Made by a program: the position numbers and the translations under genes. Under the pieces are notes generated by a model that was given only the letters and a program-made list of their open reading frames with translations, was not told the origin of the DNA and did no database searches. Below, in pieces: positions 17,567-26,881 of a DNA stretch of 44,559 bases. This DNA comes from Escherichia phage SM_A8: the sequence record PP920553.1; one strand, 5' to 3'. Every line of letters starts with the position of its first letter. Positions within the stretch are counted from its first letter, which is position 1.

Positions 17567-20500
17567 CGATTATCTACGACGTCACAGGGCATAAAGGCGG
17601 CGGCGGCAAACAGCACACCCCGCAGGAGACGCCAGATAGCCTGCATTCGCTGGCTAAAATCCGCATCTTGCTTGCGCTGGGGGAAGGGGAATTCGAAAGT
17701 ATTACCAGCGCCAGCGAATTGCGGCAGCGTGTTTACCTTGATGGAACGCCGATCCAGAACGCTGACTTGTCCGAAAACTTCCCTGGCGCGCGTGTGGAGT
17801 TCCGCCCCGGCACACAGCACCAGGATGTGATCCACGGATTTTCAGCGGTGGAAAGTGAGCAATCTGTCGGCGTAAAACTGGAAAACGGTACGCCGTGGGT
17901 ACGCCAGATTAACGATACCAGTCTGGACGCCGTTCGCATTCGCATCGGAATTCCGGCCCTGTACACTAACGAAGATAATGGCGACCTGGTTGGCGGACGC
18001 ATTGACTATAAGATCGTTGTGTATACGGATAACGCCGACCCGCGTGAGTTCAGATTCGCCGCCGTTGGTAAAACAATGTCGCTGTATGAGCGCGACCACC
18101 GCATCGAATTACCGCCGAACGTGAATACCGGCTGGCGCGTGGAGGTGCACCGCATAACGGCAGACTCCACATCGGCGAAAGTGGTTAATGATATCCGGGT
18201 GCAGTCCATCACTGAGATTATTGACGCCCGCCTGCGTTACCCGCTAACCGCGCTGTTGTTTGTGGAGTTCGACGCCAAAGCGTTCCAGAACATCCCGCGC
18301 GTGTCCATCAAGTGCAAAGGTCGCAAAGTTCTAATACCGAACAACTACGACCCGATCAATCATACCTATTCCGGGGACTGGGACGGCACGTTTAAACGCG
18401 CATGGACGGATAACCCTGCGTGGCACTGGTACGATATTTGTATTACTGAGCGCTTCGGCCTCGGTCGGCGTATCAAACCGCAAATGCTAAACCGATACGC
18501 GCTCTACCAGATTGCGCAGCGCTGCGATCAGTTGGTCAGCGACGGCAACGGTGGTAGAGAAATCCGCTTTAAGAATGATATGTACATTCAGTCACAGACG
18601 GATGCCTGGACCGTGCTTAAGGATTTAGCCGCCATCTTCGCCGGAATGACCTGGTGGGGCAACCAGATGTTGAATATCGTAAGTGACCAGCCGGTCGCAG
18701 CGGTATCGCACACTATCACCAACGCCTCGGTTATTGATGGCAGATTAGACTACGCGTCAGGGAGCCAGAAAACTCGCTATTCCACGTTCGCTGTAGCATA
18801 CGGCAACCCGAAGAACCACTATGAAGATGCTATAGCAACGGGGCAACGTGTCGAACTGGTACGCCGCCATAAGATTAACCGTCTTGATATTACGGCGATC
18901 GGCTGTACGCGTGAATCTGAAGCGCAACGTCGCGGGCACTGGGCGCTAATTTCCAACCAGCTTGACCAGCAAGTTAGCTTTAAAGTTGGCATGGAAGGGT
19001 TATTCTTTATTCCCGGTAGCGTAGTCGCGATCGCGGATACAAACATTTCTGGCGGTTTTGAGACGCGCGGCGGTCGACTGTTGTCGGACCCCGGAAATCG
19101 TACCGTGCTGAACACGGACAGCGAAATCACATTCCGCACTGGCGATAAGTTCCTGGTACGCACCGATAGCGGTAATGTGGAGACTCGCGAGATCGCCAGC
19201 GTCAACGGCAACAAGGTAACGCTAAAAACCGCACTGGACGCCAACCCTATTCCTGACCAGCCGTTTTGCGTTGATGGCGACGATATCCAGTTGCAGAAAT
19301 TCCGCATCACCGACCTGGAGTATGACGACTCTACGAGCACTTTCTCGGTGCGCGGGATTGAGTACAACGATAGCAAGTATGATGCCGTTGATAATGGCGC
19401 GCGCCTTGATCCGGGTATCTTTACGCAAGTGCCTGACGGGGTAATGAAGGGGCCGGAATCCGTGACCATTACCCCGTCGCAGATTTCATCGCAAGGCCAG
19501 CTAATCACCAACGTGGATATTGTGTTCCCGCCGGTGAAGGATGCCGTGGTGTATGAAATCCAGTGGAGGCGTACCAGCCTTCAGAATATGGAAATCCAGT
19601 GGGGTAACGACTGGGTGAATATCCCACGCACGGCGTCGAATGGGGCGCACATCCCTAACGTGTTCTCCGGTAACTACCAGGCACGCGTCCGCGCGATCGG
19701 TATGGGCGAGATTTCATCTCCGTGGGTGTCGTCCGCCATCACGCCGGTGGAAGGTCGTCTCGGTGGGCTTAACGCACCAATCATCACCAACGCTATTTCG
19801 GGCCTTCACCAGATCTTGTGGAAGTGGAACCACAACAACGCCGCTACTGATATCTCGTACACCGAGCTTGAAGTGCGCAAGACCGGTGAGACTGAATGGA
19901 AATTCCTTACCAACGTCCCATACCCGGGGTCGGAGTATGCGCAAACGTCGCTGGAGTTCGGCATCTATCAGCAGTTGCGCGCCCGTGTAGCGGATAAAAT
20001 CGGCAACCTGTCGGACTGGTCGGCCCCGTTTGAAGGGCAGGTGAGTGACAATGTTGACGAGTATATGAAGGGGCTGGACGACGAGTTCTTGACTTCTGAG
20101 GACGGTAAACGCTTCCAGGAAGCGATCGACACCATGCCGCAAGGCATTTATGAGGCTATGCTCACCGACGCACAGCAGTTGTTTAACGCCCGCGCCGAGT
20201 ACCAGGGGATTTACGCAGAAATCAAGGTGGCGTATAACGTGGCGGCAGATGCCCACCAGGCGGTAGCGCAACTGGAAACGTTGATCGGTACTCGCCTTGA
20301 CGATGCTGAAGCGGCAATCCACACGTTGCAGACAGCGCAGAGTACGCAGGAACAAGCGTTCGCCCAGTACCAGCAAACCGTCTCTGCTAAGTTTGGCGAA
20401 CAGGAAGCCGCAATCCAGCAGGTGCAAACGGCGACAAGTGACGTAGCAAGCGCGCTTGCGGAGTATAAGACACAGGTCGCGGCGCAGTTCGGTCAGCAGT

Positions 20501-20982
20501 CCGCAGCTATCGAGCAGAAGATGACGTCCTCGTTTAACCACTCCGGTGGTAGCGCAACTTACAGCCTTAAGGCTGGCGTGACGTATAACGGGACTTACTA
20601 CGATGCCGGTATGCAGCTTTCCGTTGTGACGTCTGGCAACGCGGTTAAATCGCGTATTGCGTTCAAGGCGGACCAGTTCTACATCATGCATCCGTCCAAT
20701 GGGACGCTGTCGTCTGCGTTTATTGTGGACGGTGGCGCGGTGTATATCGACACGGCACGCATCAAGAACGCGTCCATCAACTTCGCGCAGATAACAGACA
20801 CGCTGCAATCGAATAACTACGACGGCAGCACGCTAGGCTGGCGCTTAGGGAAAGATGGAACGTTTATCAACCTGGGCACCGGTAGCGGCGGCGGGATGAA
20901 ACAGACGAACACAAGAATCAGCGTGAAGGACGGAAACGGCGTTCTCCGCGTGCAAATTGGCGAGCTTACTGGTAGCTGGTAG
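17563..20982 (+). CDS. central tail fiber / host specificity protein J-like
   Basis: 1139 aa; position and size match lambda J; start overlaps upstream stop. Confidence 0.8.
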   Translation: MTIIYDVTGHKGGGGKQHTPQETPDSLHSLAKIRILLALGEGEFESITSASELRQRVYLDGTPIQNADLSENFPGARVEFRPGTQHQDVIHGFSAVESEQSVGVKLENGTPWVRQINDTSLDAVRIRIGIPALYTNEDNGDLVGGRIDYKIVVYTDNADPREFRFAAVGKTMSLYERDHRIELPPNVNTGWRVEVHRITADSTSAKVVNDIRVQSITEIIDARLRYPLTALLFVEFDAKAFQNIPRVSIKCKGRKVLIPNNYDPINHTYSGDWDGTFKRAWTDNPAWHWYDICITERFGLGRRIKPQMLNRYALYQIAQRCDQLVSDGNGGREIRFKNDMYIQSQTDAWTVLKDLAAIFAGMTWWGNQMLNIVSDQPVAAVSHTITNASVIDGRLDYASGSQKTRYSTFAVAYGNPKNHYEDAIATGQRVELVRRHKINRLDITAIGCTRESEAQRRGHWALISNQLDQQVSFKVGMEGLFFIPGSVVAIADTNISGGFETRGGRLLSDPGNRTVLNTDSEITFRTGDKFLVRTDSGNVETREIASVNGNKVTLKTALDANPIPDQPFCVDGDDIQLQKFRITDLEYDDSTSTFSVRGIEYNDSKYDAVDNGARLDPGIFTQVPDGVMKGPESVTITPSQISSQGQLITNVDIVFPPVKDAVVYEIQWRRTSLQNMEIQWGNDWVNIPRTASNGAHIPNVFSGNYQARVRAIGMGEISSPWVSSAITPVEGRLGGLNAPIITNAISGLHQILWKWNHNNAATDISYTELEVRKTGETEWKFLTNVPYPGSEYAQTSLEFGIYQQLRARVADKIGNLSDWSAPFEGQVSDNVDEYMKGLDDEFLTSEDGKRFQEAIDTMPQGIYEAMLTDAQQLFNARAEYQGIYAEIKVAYNVAADAHQAVAQLETLIGTRLDDAEAAIHTLQTAQSTQEQAFAQYQQTVSAKFGEQEAAIQQVQTATSDVASALAEYKTQVAAQFGQQSAAIEQKMTSSFNHSGGSATYSLKAGVTYNGTYYDAGMQLSVVTSGNAVKSRIAFKADQFYIMHPSNGTLSSAFIVDGGAVYIDTARIKNASINFAQITDTLQSNNYDGSTLGWRLGKDGTFINLGTGSGGGMKQTNTRISVKDGNGVLRVQIGELTGSW

Positions 20983-20986
20983 TATA

Positions 20987-21005
20987 GGGGCTTCGGCCCC
21001 TTTTT
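20987..21005 (+). terminator. rho-independent terminator after J-like gene
   Basis: GGGGC-ttcg-GCCCC followed by T5. Confidence 0.6.
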
Positions 21006-21018
21006 AACGAGGTTATTT

Positions 21019-21321
21019 ATGGCATTCGGTATCGCAACGTGGGACGCGCAAGGACGCCCAAACAACTACGGCATTAAACCGGTAAGCGTGATCGGAAGGA
21101 TTCATCTTGCGGAAGGACAAAAATCAGGCGCATGGTCATTCCCTGTACCGGCGGGGATGAAGGTCGGATACGTGGTCGCACTGGATAAAGGCGCGGTCGG
21201 GCCAGGCCGCAGAATAACCGCCAGCGGGAACACTATCACGGTTTCCGCGGCAAGTGCGGTAGGTGGCGGGGTTTACTCCGCATCTGAATGTGACGTTATT
21301 GTTTTTGTGGAGCGAGCATAA
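21019..21321 (+). CDS. hypothetical protein (tail-associated by position)
   Basis: 100-aa ORF downstream of J-like gene; start overlaps the next gene. Confidence 0.5.
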   Translation: MAFGIATWDAQGRPNNYGIKPVSVIGRIHLAEGQKSGAWSFPVPAGMKVGYVVALDKGAVGPGRRITASGNTITVSAASAVGGGVYSASECDVIVFVERA

Positions 21322-21995
21322 TGGCTAATTACGGCGCGTTGATTGACTTACCAAACGGCAACCCGTTTATCACACCAGAATCGACGCCGTTTTGTCTATT
21401 CCGCCGTGTGGTTGTTGGGTCTTCGGCTAACGGCACTGCGCAGTCGGCGGCTGCCGATATTAATTTGGGTGGTGACTACCCTGCAATAGCGTTTGTGAAA
21501 ACTACGCACACCGCCCAGCCGACCGTCGTAGGGTCTTCTCGCGTTGGTAATGTGGTGAAGGTGAGCGCCAGCAATCCATTCGGGCAAGGCTTCACGATGA
21601 CGGCTTACATCTTTGCCATATTCCCACAGACCCTTCCGCGGTGGGGCTTCGCTATTTGGGATAAGACGGGGAAGCTAGTGCTTACTAATGAGAGTCGCGT
21701 ACTAAGCGATTTAGTTACCGTCGGATCGCCAGGCGCTAACGGGGGGATTAACATTGACCAGACGCTAAATGGCAGCTACGCCGTCGCTCCGGGCATATTG
21801 GGGTCTACGCTGATCCGGTTTTTTGTGCAGGGCCAGCCGCAAGTAATATCGGTAACGGCGTACACGGGGGCCAGATTTGATGGGTCGCGAACGCGTATAT
21901 CGGCAGCGTCGTCGGGGAACGCCACGGGGGATGTGGTGGGGTATACTAACAACGGCAACGCGATTATGGCGATTAACACGGCCAATTATGATTGA
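21321..21995 (+). CDS. hypothetical protein (tail-associated by position)
   Basis: 224-aa ORF, Gly/Ser/Thr-rich; no motif recognised. Confidence 0.5.
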   Translation: MANYGALIDLPNGNPFITPESTPFCLFRRVVVGSSANGTAQSAAADINLGGDYPAIAFVKTTHTAQPTVVGSSRVGNVVKVSASNPFGQGFTMTAYIFAIFPQTLPRWGFAIWDKTGKLVLTNESRVLSDLVTVGSPGANGGINIDQTLNGSYAVAPGILGSTLIRFFVQGQPQVISVTAYTGARFDGSRTRISAASSGNATGDVVGYTNNGNAIMAINTANYD

Positions 21996-21999
21996 AGAA

Positions 22000-22020
22000 A
22001 GCCCCGAAAGGGGCTTATTT
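22000..22020. terminator. bidirectional terminator candidate
   Basis: AGCCCC-gaaa-GGGGCT then TATTTG; between convergent genes and overlapping the lipoprotein stop codon. Confidence 0.5.
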
Positions 22021-22236
22021 GCAGGTTGTGCTTTTGAAATGGTCTACAGACACGTACTGGAAGCTGAACGGATAGCCAGCCCTTAGCATTTTATGCCCGG
22101 AGAAGTCTGCAACACCATACACAGGGACCGCATAATCCATACCGCCAGTGTGGTATGTCGCCTCGCAGATCTTGCCAGGCATCGTGGAGCATCCTACCAG
22201 CACCGCAACTACACAGGCTAAAAGTAAAGTTTTCAT
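22015..22236 (-). CDS. small lipoprotein, putative receptor-blocking superinfection exclusion protein (Llp/Cor-like)
   Basis: 73 aa; signal peptide MKTLLLACVVAVLVGC with lipobox, two further Cys; RBS AGGGGA; own promoter; sits between host-specificity gene block and tail fiber on the opposite strand. Confidence 0.55.
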   Translation of the reverse strand: MKTLLLACVVAVLVGCSTMPGKICEATYHTGGMDYAVPVYGVADFSGHKMLRAGYPFSFQYVSVDHFKSTTCK

Positions 22237-22267
22237 GGTATCATCCCCTATATTTGGTTGAGTTTTA

Positions 22268-22295
22268 ATATTACACCACTCAACCAGGATTGCAA
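22268..22295 (-). promoter_or_regulatory. sigma70-like promoter for the lipoprotein gene
   Basis: minus-sense TTGCAA-N16-TAATAT; the -35 is part of an 8-mer copy (22292-22299). Confidence 0.4.
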
Positions 22296-22316
22296 CCAAT
22301 TTACGAGGATTTAGCT

Positions 22317-24032
22317 ATGGCAGCGGGTACGCTATCAGTAACGAACAACAGCAAGGCGGTAGTAGGGGTCGGCACGACGTTTACCGCGTTTAAAGCTGGC
22401 GACTTCTTAACGCTGGTGGTAGGACAAGTCCCATACACCGTGGCAATCGCGTCCATTGAAAGCGCAACCGCGCTCACGCTGGTGTTGCCGTTCGACGGCC
22501 CAACGGCAACCGGCCTTGCGTGGGATGGCGTTAAGCGCGACACCATGTCACTGGCGACGATGGGCGTTACCGTACAGGCACAAAAAGCATTGCGCTTGAT
22601 GATCGCAGATGAAAACAACTGGCGTGCAATCTTCGGCGACGCTGAAGAAATCACCGTGACGCTACCTAACGGGCAGGTTATGCAGGGAATGTCATGGGGC
22701 TATCTGTCGTCTTTGCTTAAGAACGTAGACCCAGTTGAGATGCGCGACCTGCAACAGCAAGCCGTAACAGCGAAAAACCAGGCAGTTACGGCTAATGGGC
22801 AAGCGGAAGCGGCACGCGACGCTGCCGTAACAGCGAAAAACCAGGCAGTTACGGCTAAGGGGCAAGCGGAAGCGGCACGCGACGCTGCGAACACGGCTAA
22901 GACTGGCGCGGAGGCGGCCCGCAATCAGGCCGAACAATTCGCTAATAGTGTTAATACTGAAAACCTACTTGCGAAGGCCAACAACTTAAGCGATGTTGCG
23001 GATATGGGTGTAACGCGCGAAAACATTGGCGTAGACCGCCTATCGCAAAACATAACCAGCGGCGAAACACAAATCAGGACTGCGGCGAAGAATAAATGGA
23101 TCTTCGTTAAGGAAAATGGCGACTGGGGCGGGTGGGATAATGCCAACAATAAAGCCATGCCGCTGCCGATTGCATTCGGTGGTACGGGGCGCGGCGATAA
23201 CGTCGCCGAGTTCCGCCAATTCAAATCAAACGGCGACACCCAAGATGGGTTAATCATTACGCAGAACGACAACGGATTCGGTGGTGTGGGCTGGGCCGAT
23301 TCCGCGGATAAAGTACGCTGGCGTATGGGCATCGACGAAGCCTCTGGCCATTTTAAAATATACTCATACGACTCCGCGGGAGCGTATCGAGACACCGTCC
23401 TCGAGATCACCGGAGTAGGAGTCGGTGGCATGGTGTGGTCCCGTGATATTACCGTGCGCCCGACGACGGCAGTTCCTGCGCGGTCTTTCGTTCTAAACAA
23501 CGGAAAAGCTACCGTCCCGGCTGGTAACTTCCGCACGATGTGGGATACGGTTAATATCAATAGTAACCAGATCTATAAATATTTTGAGAAGGGAGACGGC
23601 ACTGGCTTTACAGTCAATTGGCCCTCATCTGGTGGTGTTATTGCCCTCCAGGGTACATCAGGAAGGGACTTTAAGAAAGATATTACCGACGCGGACGTTA
23701 CCGAAGCGGTTGCACGCATTGAACAAATGCGCATGGTGCGCTACGTGTATAAGGACGATGTGAAGGAGCGCGTCCGCTTCGGCATCATTGCCGAAGAAGC
23801 AGAAGAGATTGCGCCTCAATACATCAAACACCGTGAGGAGACGTACGATGTGGAGGTGGACCCCGAGACTAACGCCATCGTCGGGGGTAAGACGCGCGAC
23901 CGTCCGTCGGTGGACGTTAACCCTATCGTGATGGACTTGATGGGGTGCGCACAATATGCGATCGCTGAGTGTAAACGCCTGGCGGCGGAAGTGGAGGATT
24001 TGAAAGCCGAGATCGCGGCGTTGAAGAAATAA
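22317..24032 (+). CDS. tail fiber protein with C-terminal intramolecular chaperone (peptidase S74-like) domain
   Basis: ATG 22317 with GAGGA RBS (track start 22290 is TTG); 63-bp tandem repeat at 22761-22886; C-terminus matches the S74 chaperone pattern (RFGIIAEEAEEIAPQYI ... LAAEVEDLKAEIAALKK). Confidence 0.7.
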   Translation: MAAGTLSVTNNSKAVVGVGTTFTAFKAGDFLTLVVGQVPYTVAIASIESATALTLVLPFDGPTATGLAWDGVKRDTMSLATMGVTVQAQKALRLMIADENNWRAIFGDAEEITVTLPNGQVMQGMSWGYLSSLLKNVDPVEMRDLQQQAVTAKNQAVTANGQAEAARDAAVTAKNQAVTAKGQAEAARDAANTAKTGAEAARNQAEQFANSVNTENLLAKANNLSDVADMGVTRENIGVDRLSQNITSGETQIRTAAKNKWIFVKENGDWGGWDNANNKAMPLPIAFGGTGRGDNVAEFRQFKSNGDTQDGLIITQNDNGFGGVGWADSADKVRWRMGIDEASGHFKIYSYDSAGAYRDTVLEITGVGVGGMVWSRDITVRPTTAVPARSFVLNNGKATVPAGNFRTMWDTVNINSNQIYKYFEKGDGTGFTVNWPSSGGVIALQGTSGRDFKKDITDADVTEAVARIEQMRMVRYVYKDDVKERVRFGIIAEEAEEIAPQYIKHREETYDVEVDPETNAIVGGKTRDRPSVDVNPIVMDLMGCAQYAIAECKRLAAEVEDLKAEIAALKK

Positions 24033-24038
24033 ATAGAA

Positions 24039-24060
24039 GGGGCCATGCGGCCCCTTTTTT
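24039..24060. terminator. terminator hairpin between convergent tail fiber and leftward operon
   Basis: GGGGCC-atgc-GGCCCC followed by T6. Confidence 0.6.
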
Positions 24061-24634
24061 AGTTTGAGTTTTCCCAGTCCATTTTGCGCCGCACCAGCGG
24101 GCTTTCGTAATATTCCTTTCCTTCCACTTCCACCAAAGGCCAGTCGTTCACAATCACGTACGGCTCCGCGATATCCTCAATCACGCCGTGCGCGCTTTGC
24201 GGCACTAACGACACACCAACCAGGATAACACCGGCAACACGACGGGCGAGATACTCGCGAGCGCAGCGTGCCTCTACCAGTCCGCGACGGATGCCGCTGG
24301 TGGCCTTAACTTCGTAGGTCCATACGGCATCGATCACATGCTCCCTGAAGTCTGGTCCTGATTTAACCTTGCGCTTTCCGACCATGATGATATCTCCGCG
24401 ATCAATGGTATTGGCGCTAAACAGGCCGGTACGCATGAGCAAGCCTTGAGGGATACAACTGCGCCCGCCCGCCTGCCCCTCAAGGTACATGCCTGCAAAC
24501 ATTTCGCCCAGCACACCGACCAGTCGGCTTTGCTTGCACGCGTCGGACTTTAAGCGCCATTGGTCAAACTCGATGCTTGCTATCATTGCCGCTAGGTGGA
24601 ATTGTTTACCAGATATTTCGTATTCGCCGTACAT
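24059..24634 (-). CDS. hypothetical protein, possible PD-(D/E)XK-type nuclease
   Basis: 191 aa; weak E ... GDIIMV ... YEVK pattern; last gene of leftward module. Confidence 0.45.
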   Translation of the reverse strand: MYGEYEISGKQFHLAAMIASIEFDQWRLKSDACKQSRLVGVLGEMFAGMYLEGQAGGRSCIPQGLLMRTGLFSANTIDRGDIIMVGKRKVKSGPDFREHVIDAVWTYEVKATSGIRRGLVEARCAREYLARRVAGVILVGVSLVPQSAHGVIEDIAEPYVIVNDWPLVEVEGKEYYESPLVRRKMDWENSN

Positions 24635-24676
24635 CGTGTGGTCCTCATTGATGCGGGCCGAAGCCCGCGATTAGAA

Positions 24677-25198
24677 TTATTTCAGTGCGCCAGTCACCAG
24701 TGTTTTTTCCATGTTGCGGAAGTCTTCCGGCGTCATGAGGATTTTAGACCCGTCTTCGCCAGTGAGCACAACCATAGGCTGGACGTCCTGGGCTACGACG
24801 CCGAAATTGGCGGCTTTGACAGTCTTGCCCGCAGATGCCGAAGGATGCCACGTTCCGCCGGTGGCGATGGGCCAGCCTTTAAGGCTGTCGTATTGCGCTG
24901 CCGTTGTATCGACCTGAATCTCATCATGCACGGTCATGTAAGACTCGCCCAGCAAGGCCGCATACGCCACCAGGTCGACGATATTGTCTTCCTGGTGCTT
25001 ACGGTGCTGGCGCACCAGCTTCAGGCAGATCAAGAAGGTCCAGGCTTCTTGCTCGGTAAGGTCGCGCCCGGTAAGCGCGTTAAACACGGCGGCGACCTGT
25101 TTAGCGCTGCGTTCTTCTTTCGCGTTGTCATAGCCGTTTTCTTTCCCGCGCTGTTCCATAGTGGTGGCGGCGTTTTTGCAGTATTCGTATGCTTTCAT
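24677..25198 (-). CDS. hypothetical protein
   Basis: 173-aa ORF downstream of the operator-bearing promoter at 25244-25273; no motif assigned with confidence. Confidence 0.55.
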   Translation of the reverse strand: MKAYEYCKNAATTMEQRGKENGYDNAKEERSAKQVAAVFNALTGRDLTEQEAWTFLICLKLVRQHRKHQEDNIVDLVAYAALLGESYMTVHDEIQVDTTAAQYDSLKGWPIATGGTWHPSASAGKTVKAANFGVVAQDVQPMVVLTGEDGSKILMTPEDFRNMEKTLVTGALK

Positions 25199-25243
25199 TA
25201 TGTGGTCCCTTTTAGCGTGTGGCCATATTGCCCCGACGCGTTA

Positions 25244-25273
25244 ACTATAGTGCAACCAACCTGTTGGTTGCAA
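25244..25273 (-). promoter_or_regulatory. sigma70-like promoter overlapped by 22-bp inverted repeat TGCAACCAA-cctg-TTGGTTGCA (operator candidate)
   Basis: minus-sense TTGCAA-N18-TATAGT; perfect 9-bp palindromic arms at 25251-25259 and 25264-25272. Confidence 0.45.
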
Positions 25274-25374
25274 GTGAATTTTGCAACGTTTATCGCATAT
25301 ATTTTCGGGACCAGATCGCTGCACGCCCGACGAATCGCCGCGATGTTCTTCTCGCAATCTTCAATGATGACCAG

Positions 25375-25731
25375 TTAAGACACGCCCGCGTAGCAGACCA
25401 TTTTGAACACGGCGCACGCCTTAAACTCTGGCGGCGGGGTGTCGTCCAGCATGTGGCGCATAAACAACCGGCCAACCGGGAAGACCTCCAATTGCTCGGC
25501 GGTGGTGTCCCAACATTCGCGCTGCCGGTTGGTCAGATACGCGATCTCGAAGCCTTGCTCTTTATACATGCGCAGTAGCGGCAGCATATCCATGTTCAGG
25601 TCTTCGCGGACGTGCGCTTTGTGCCACTTCGCCCAAAAGGTGGATTTCGTTTTTATCCCAGGCACCAGGTCGGCACGGGCATCGCTTGAACCGTTAATAA
25701 CGCCATCCAAATCGCAAATCAGTAATTTCAT
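25375..25731 (-). CDS. HAD-superfamily phosphatase-like protein (small)
   Basis: N-terminal MKLLICDLDGVI matches HAD motif I (DxDG); start overlaps upstream stop (ATGA). Confidence 0.5.
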   Translation of the reverse strand: MKLLICDLDGVINGSSDARADLVPGIKTKSTFWAKWHKAHVREDLNMDMLPLLRMYKEQGFEIAYLTNRQRECWDTTAEQLEVFPVGRLFMRHMLDDTPPPEFKACAVFKMVCYAGVS

Positions 25732-25952
25732 TTTAGGCTCTCAATAAGGGTTGCTCGGGCGCTACGCGCGGTGTAAGAGTTGCACACGAAATGACAACGT
25801 CGGGTCATGACAAGCCAACCGGTGAGGTCAAGGCCCAGGATGTATTCGGGGCGAGACGCGCGCACCACACGATTGCGTCGCGGATCAATACCGTAGTCTT
25901 TTTGCATTTGGTCTACTACCGCGGGGTCGCGGTCAACGATTAAGATATTCAA
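25728..25952 (-). CDS. hypothetical protein
   Basis: 74-aa ORF translationally coupled on both sides. Confidence 0.4.
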   Translation of the reverse strand: MNILIVDRDPAVVDQMQKDYGIDPRRNRVVRASRPEYILGLDLTGWLVMTRRCHFVCNSYTARSARATLIESLK

Positions 25953-26418
25953 GGAGTTCTCCTTCGCTCATTATTTCAATTTGTGCGCTGCCGATGGGAG
26001 GCGCTTCGTCAAATATTATCAATTGCTGGCATTTGTTATTGCTCGGCCCGACTTCACCGGTGACGGCGTGAATGAATCTAATCCGCCAGTCCAGAAGAAT
26101 TATCAGGTTTGCAGTCTTCCTGGCCAACTTCGCCCACTTCGTCGACGTGTCCTGATTCAGCAGCATGACAGTCCTGCGTCCGTGCGCTGCACACTCGACC
26201 CACGGCAGCGGATCGGAATACGGCGGGTTGCACCACTTCCACCCTTTCAACTCTGACCAGTCCGCATCTAGCGCGCTGTGCTCTGCCGTGAAGTAACGCG
26301 GTAGCAGATGGTTGGCGTCGCTTGCCGCCATATCGTAACGGAATCGGAACTTACGGCGCAGCGGTTTAAATAAAGCTGGCGGCGTGCGCCAGCTATCCTT
26401 CTGCTCATTCTTCGTCAT
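25933..26418 (-). CDS. DNA N6-adenine methyltransferase (phage Dam family)
   Basis: NPPY catalytic motif (WKWCNPPYSD) and N-terminal WRTPPALF motif typical of small phage Dam enzymes. Confidence 0.75.
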   Translation of the reverse strand: MTKNEQKDSWRTPPALFKPLRRKFRFRYDMAASDANHLLPRYFTAEHSALDADWSELKGWKWCNPPYSDPLPWVECAAHGRRTVMLLNQDTSTKWAKLARKTANLIILLDWRIRFIHAVTGEVGPSNNKCQQLIIFDEAPPIGSAQIEIMSEGELLEYLNR

Positions 26419-26523
26419 GGTCGGTGTCTATCGCATAAAGTGGGATCTTATCGCCTTTTCTGATGACGCGTTGCACGCGCTTTGATTCCTCGGCGCTAAG
26501 CGGGCGCCCAACCGGACACCCTC

Positions 26524-26552
26524 AATATAATGCAACCAATATGATTATGCAA
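26524..26552 (-). promoter_or_regulatory. sigma70-like promoter upstream of Dam gene
   Basis: minus-sense TTGCAT-N17-TATATT built from two GCAACCAA copies (26532-26539, 26549-26556). Confidence 0.4.
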
Positions 26553-26557
26553 CCAAT

Positions 26558-26881
26558 TTACGCATAAAAGTTCGTGTCGCGTGCAACGTCTACCAGGTAA
26601 AGGTTGCTTATGCGGTTGCCGTAGTGCCCTGGAGTGCGCTGGCGGCACACAACGGCGAAGCCTGGAGGGATTGTATTGCCCGTCGCAATAATCCACGCCA
26701 CGCGTGCGCCAGACAGCGTCTTGCCGTTGCATTCGATACGGGTTCCGCCATCGGCGGTGTTGATGTTGCCAATCTTGCATCCGGTGGACTTCAGACGGAT
26801 GACTCCGGTTTTGCTGTCGTATGTGAATAGCTGATTGGTCATTGCCACTGAAAAGTCGATTGCGTCGAATGCAGTATTCAT
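26558..26881 (-). CDS. small HNH-like endonuclease (degenerate, putative)
   Basis: 107 aa; GK...ARVAW...GNRISNLYLV pattern resembles HNH_3; start ATGA-coupled to upstream gene, GAGGA RBS. Confidence 0.35.
   Translation of the reverse strand: MNTAFDAIDFSVAMTNQLFTYDSKTGVIRLKSTGCKIGNINTADGGTRIECNGKTLSGARVAWIIATGNTIPPGFAVVCRQRTPGHYGNRISNLYLVDVARDTNFYA

Noticed and set aside
22290-22316. TTG-initiated N-terminal extension of the tail fiber ORF
   Set aside because: The TTG lies inside the TTGCAACCAA promoter motif; ATG 22317 has a proper GAGGA RBS.
26624-26834. Plus-strand ORFs (68 and 66 aa) overlapping the minus-strand HNH-like gene
   Set aside because: Arg/Ala-rich products without RBS; the minus-strand ORF has a GAGGA RBS, ATGA coupling to the upstream gene and an HNH-like pattern.
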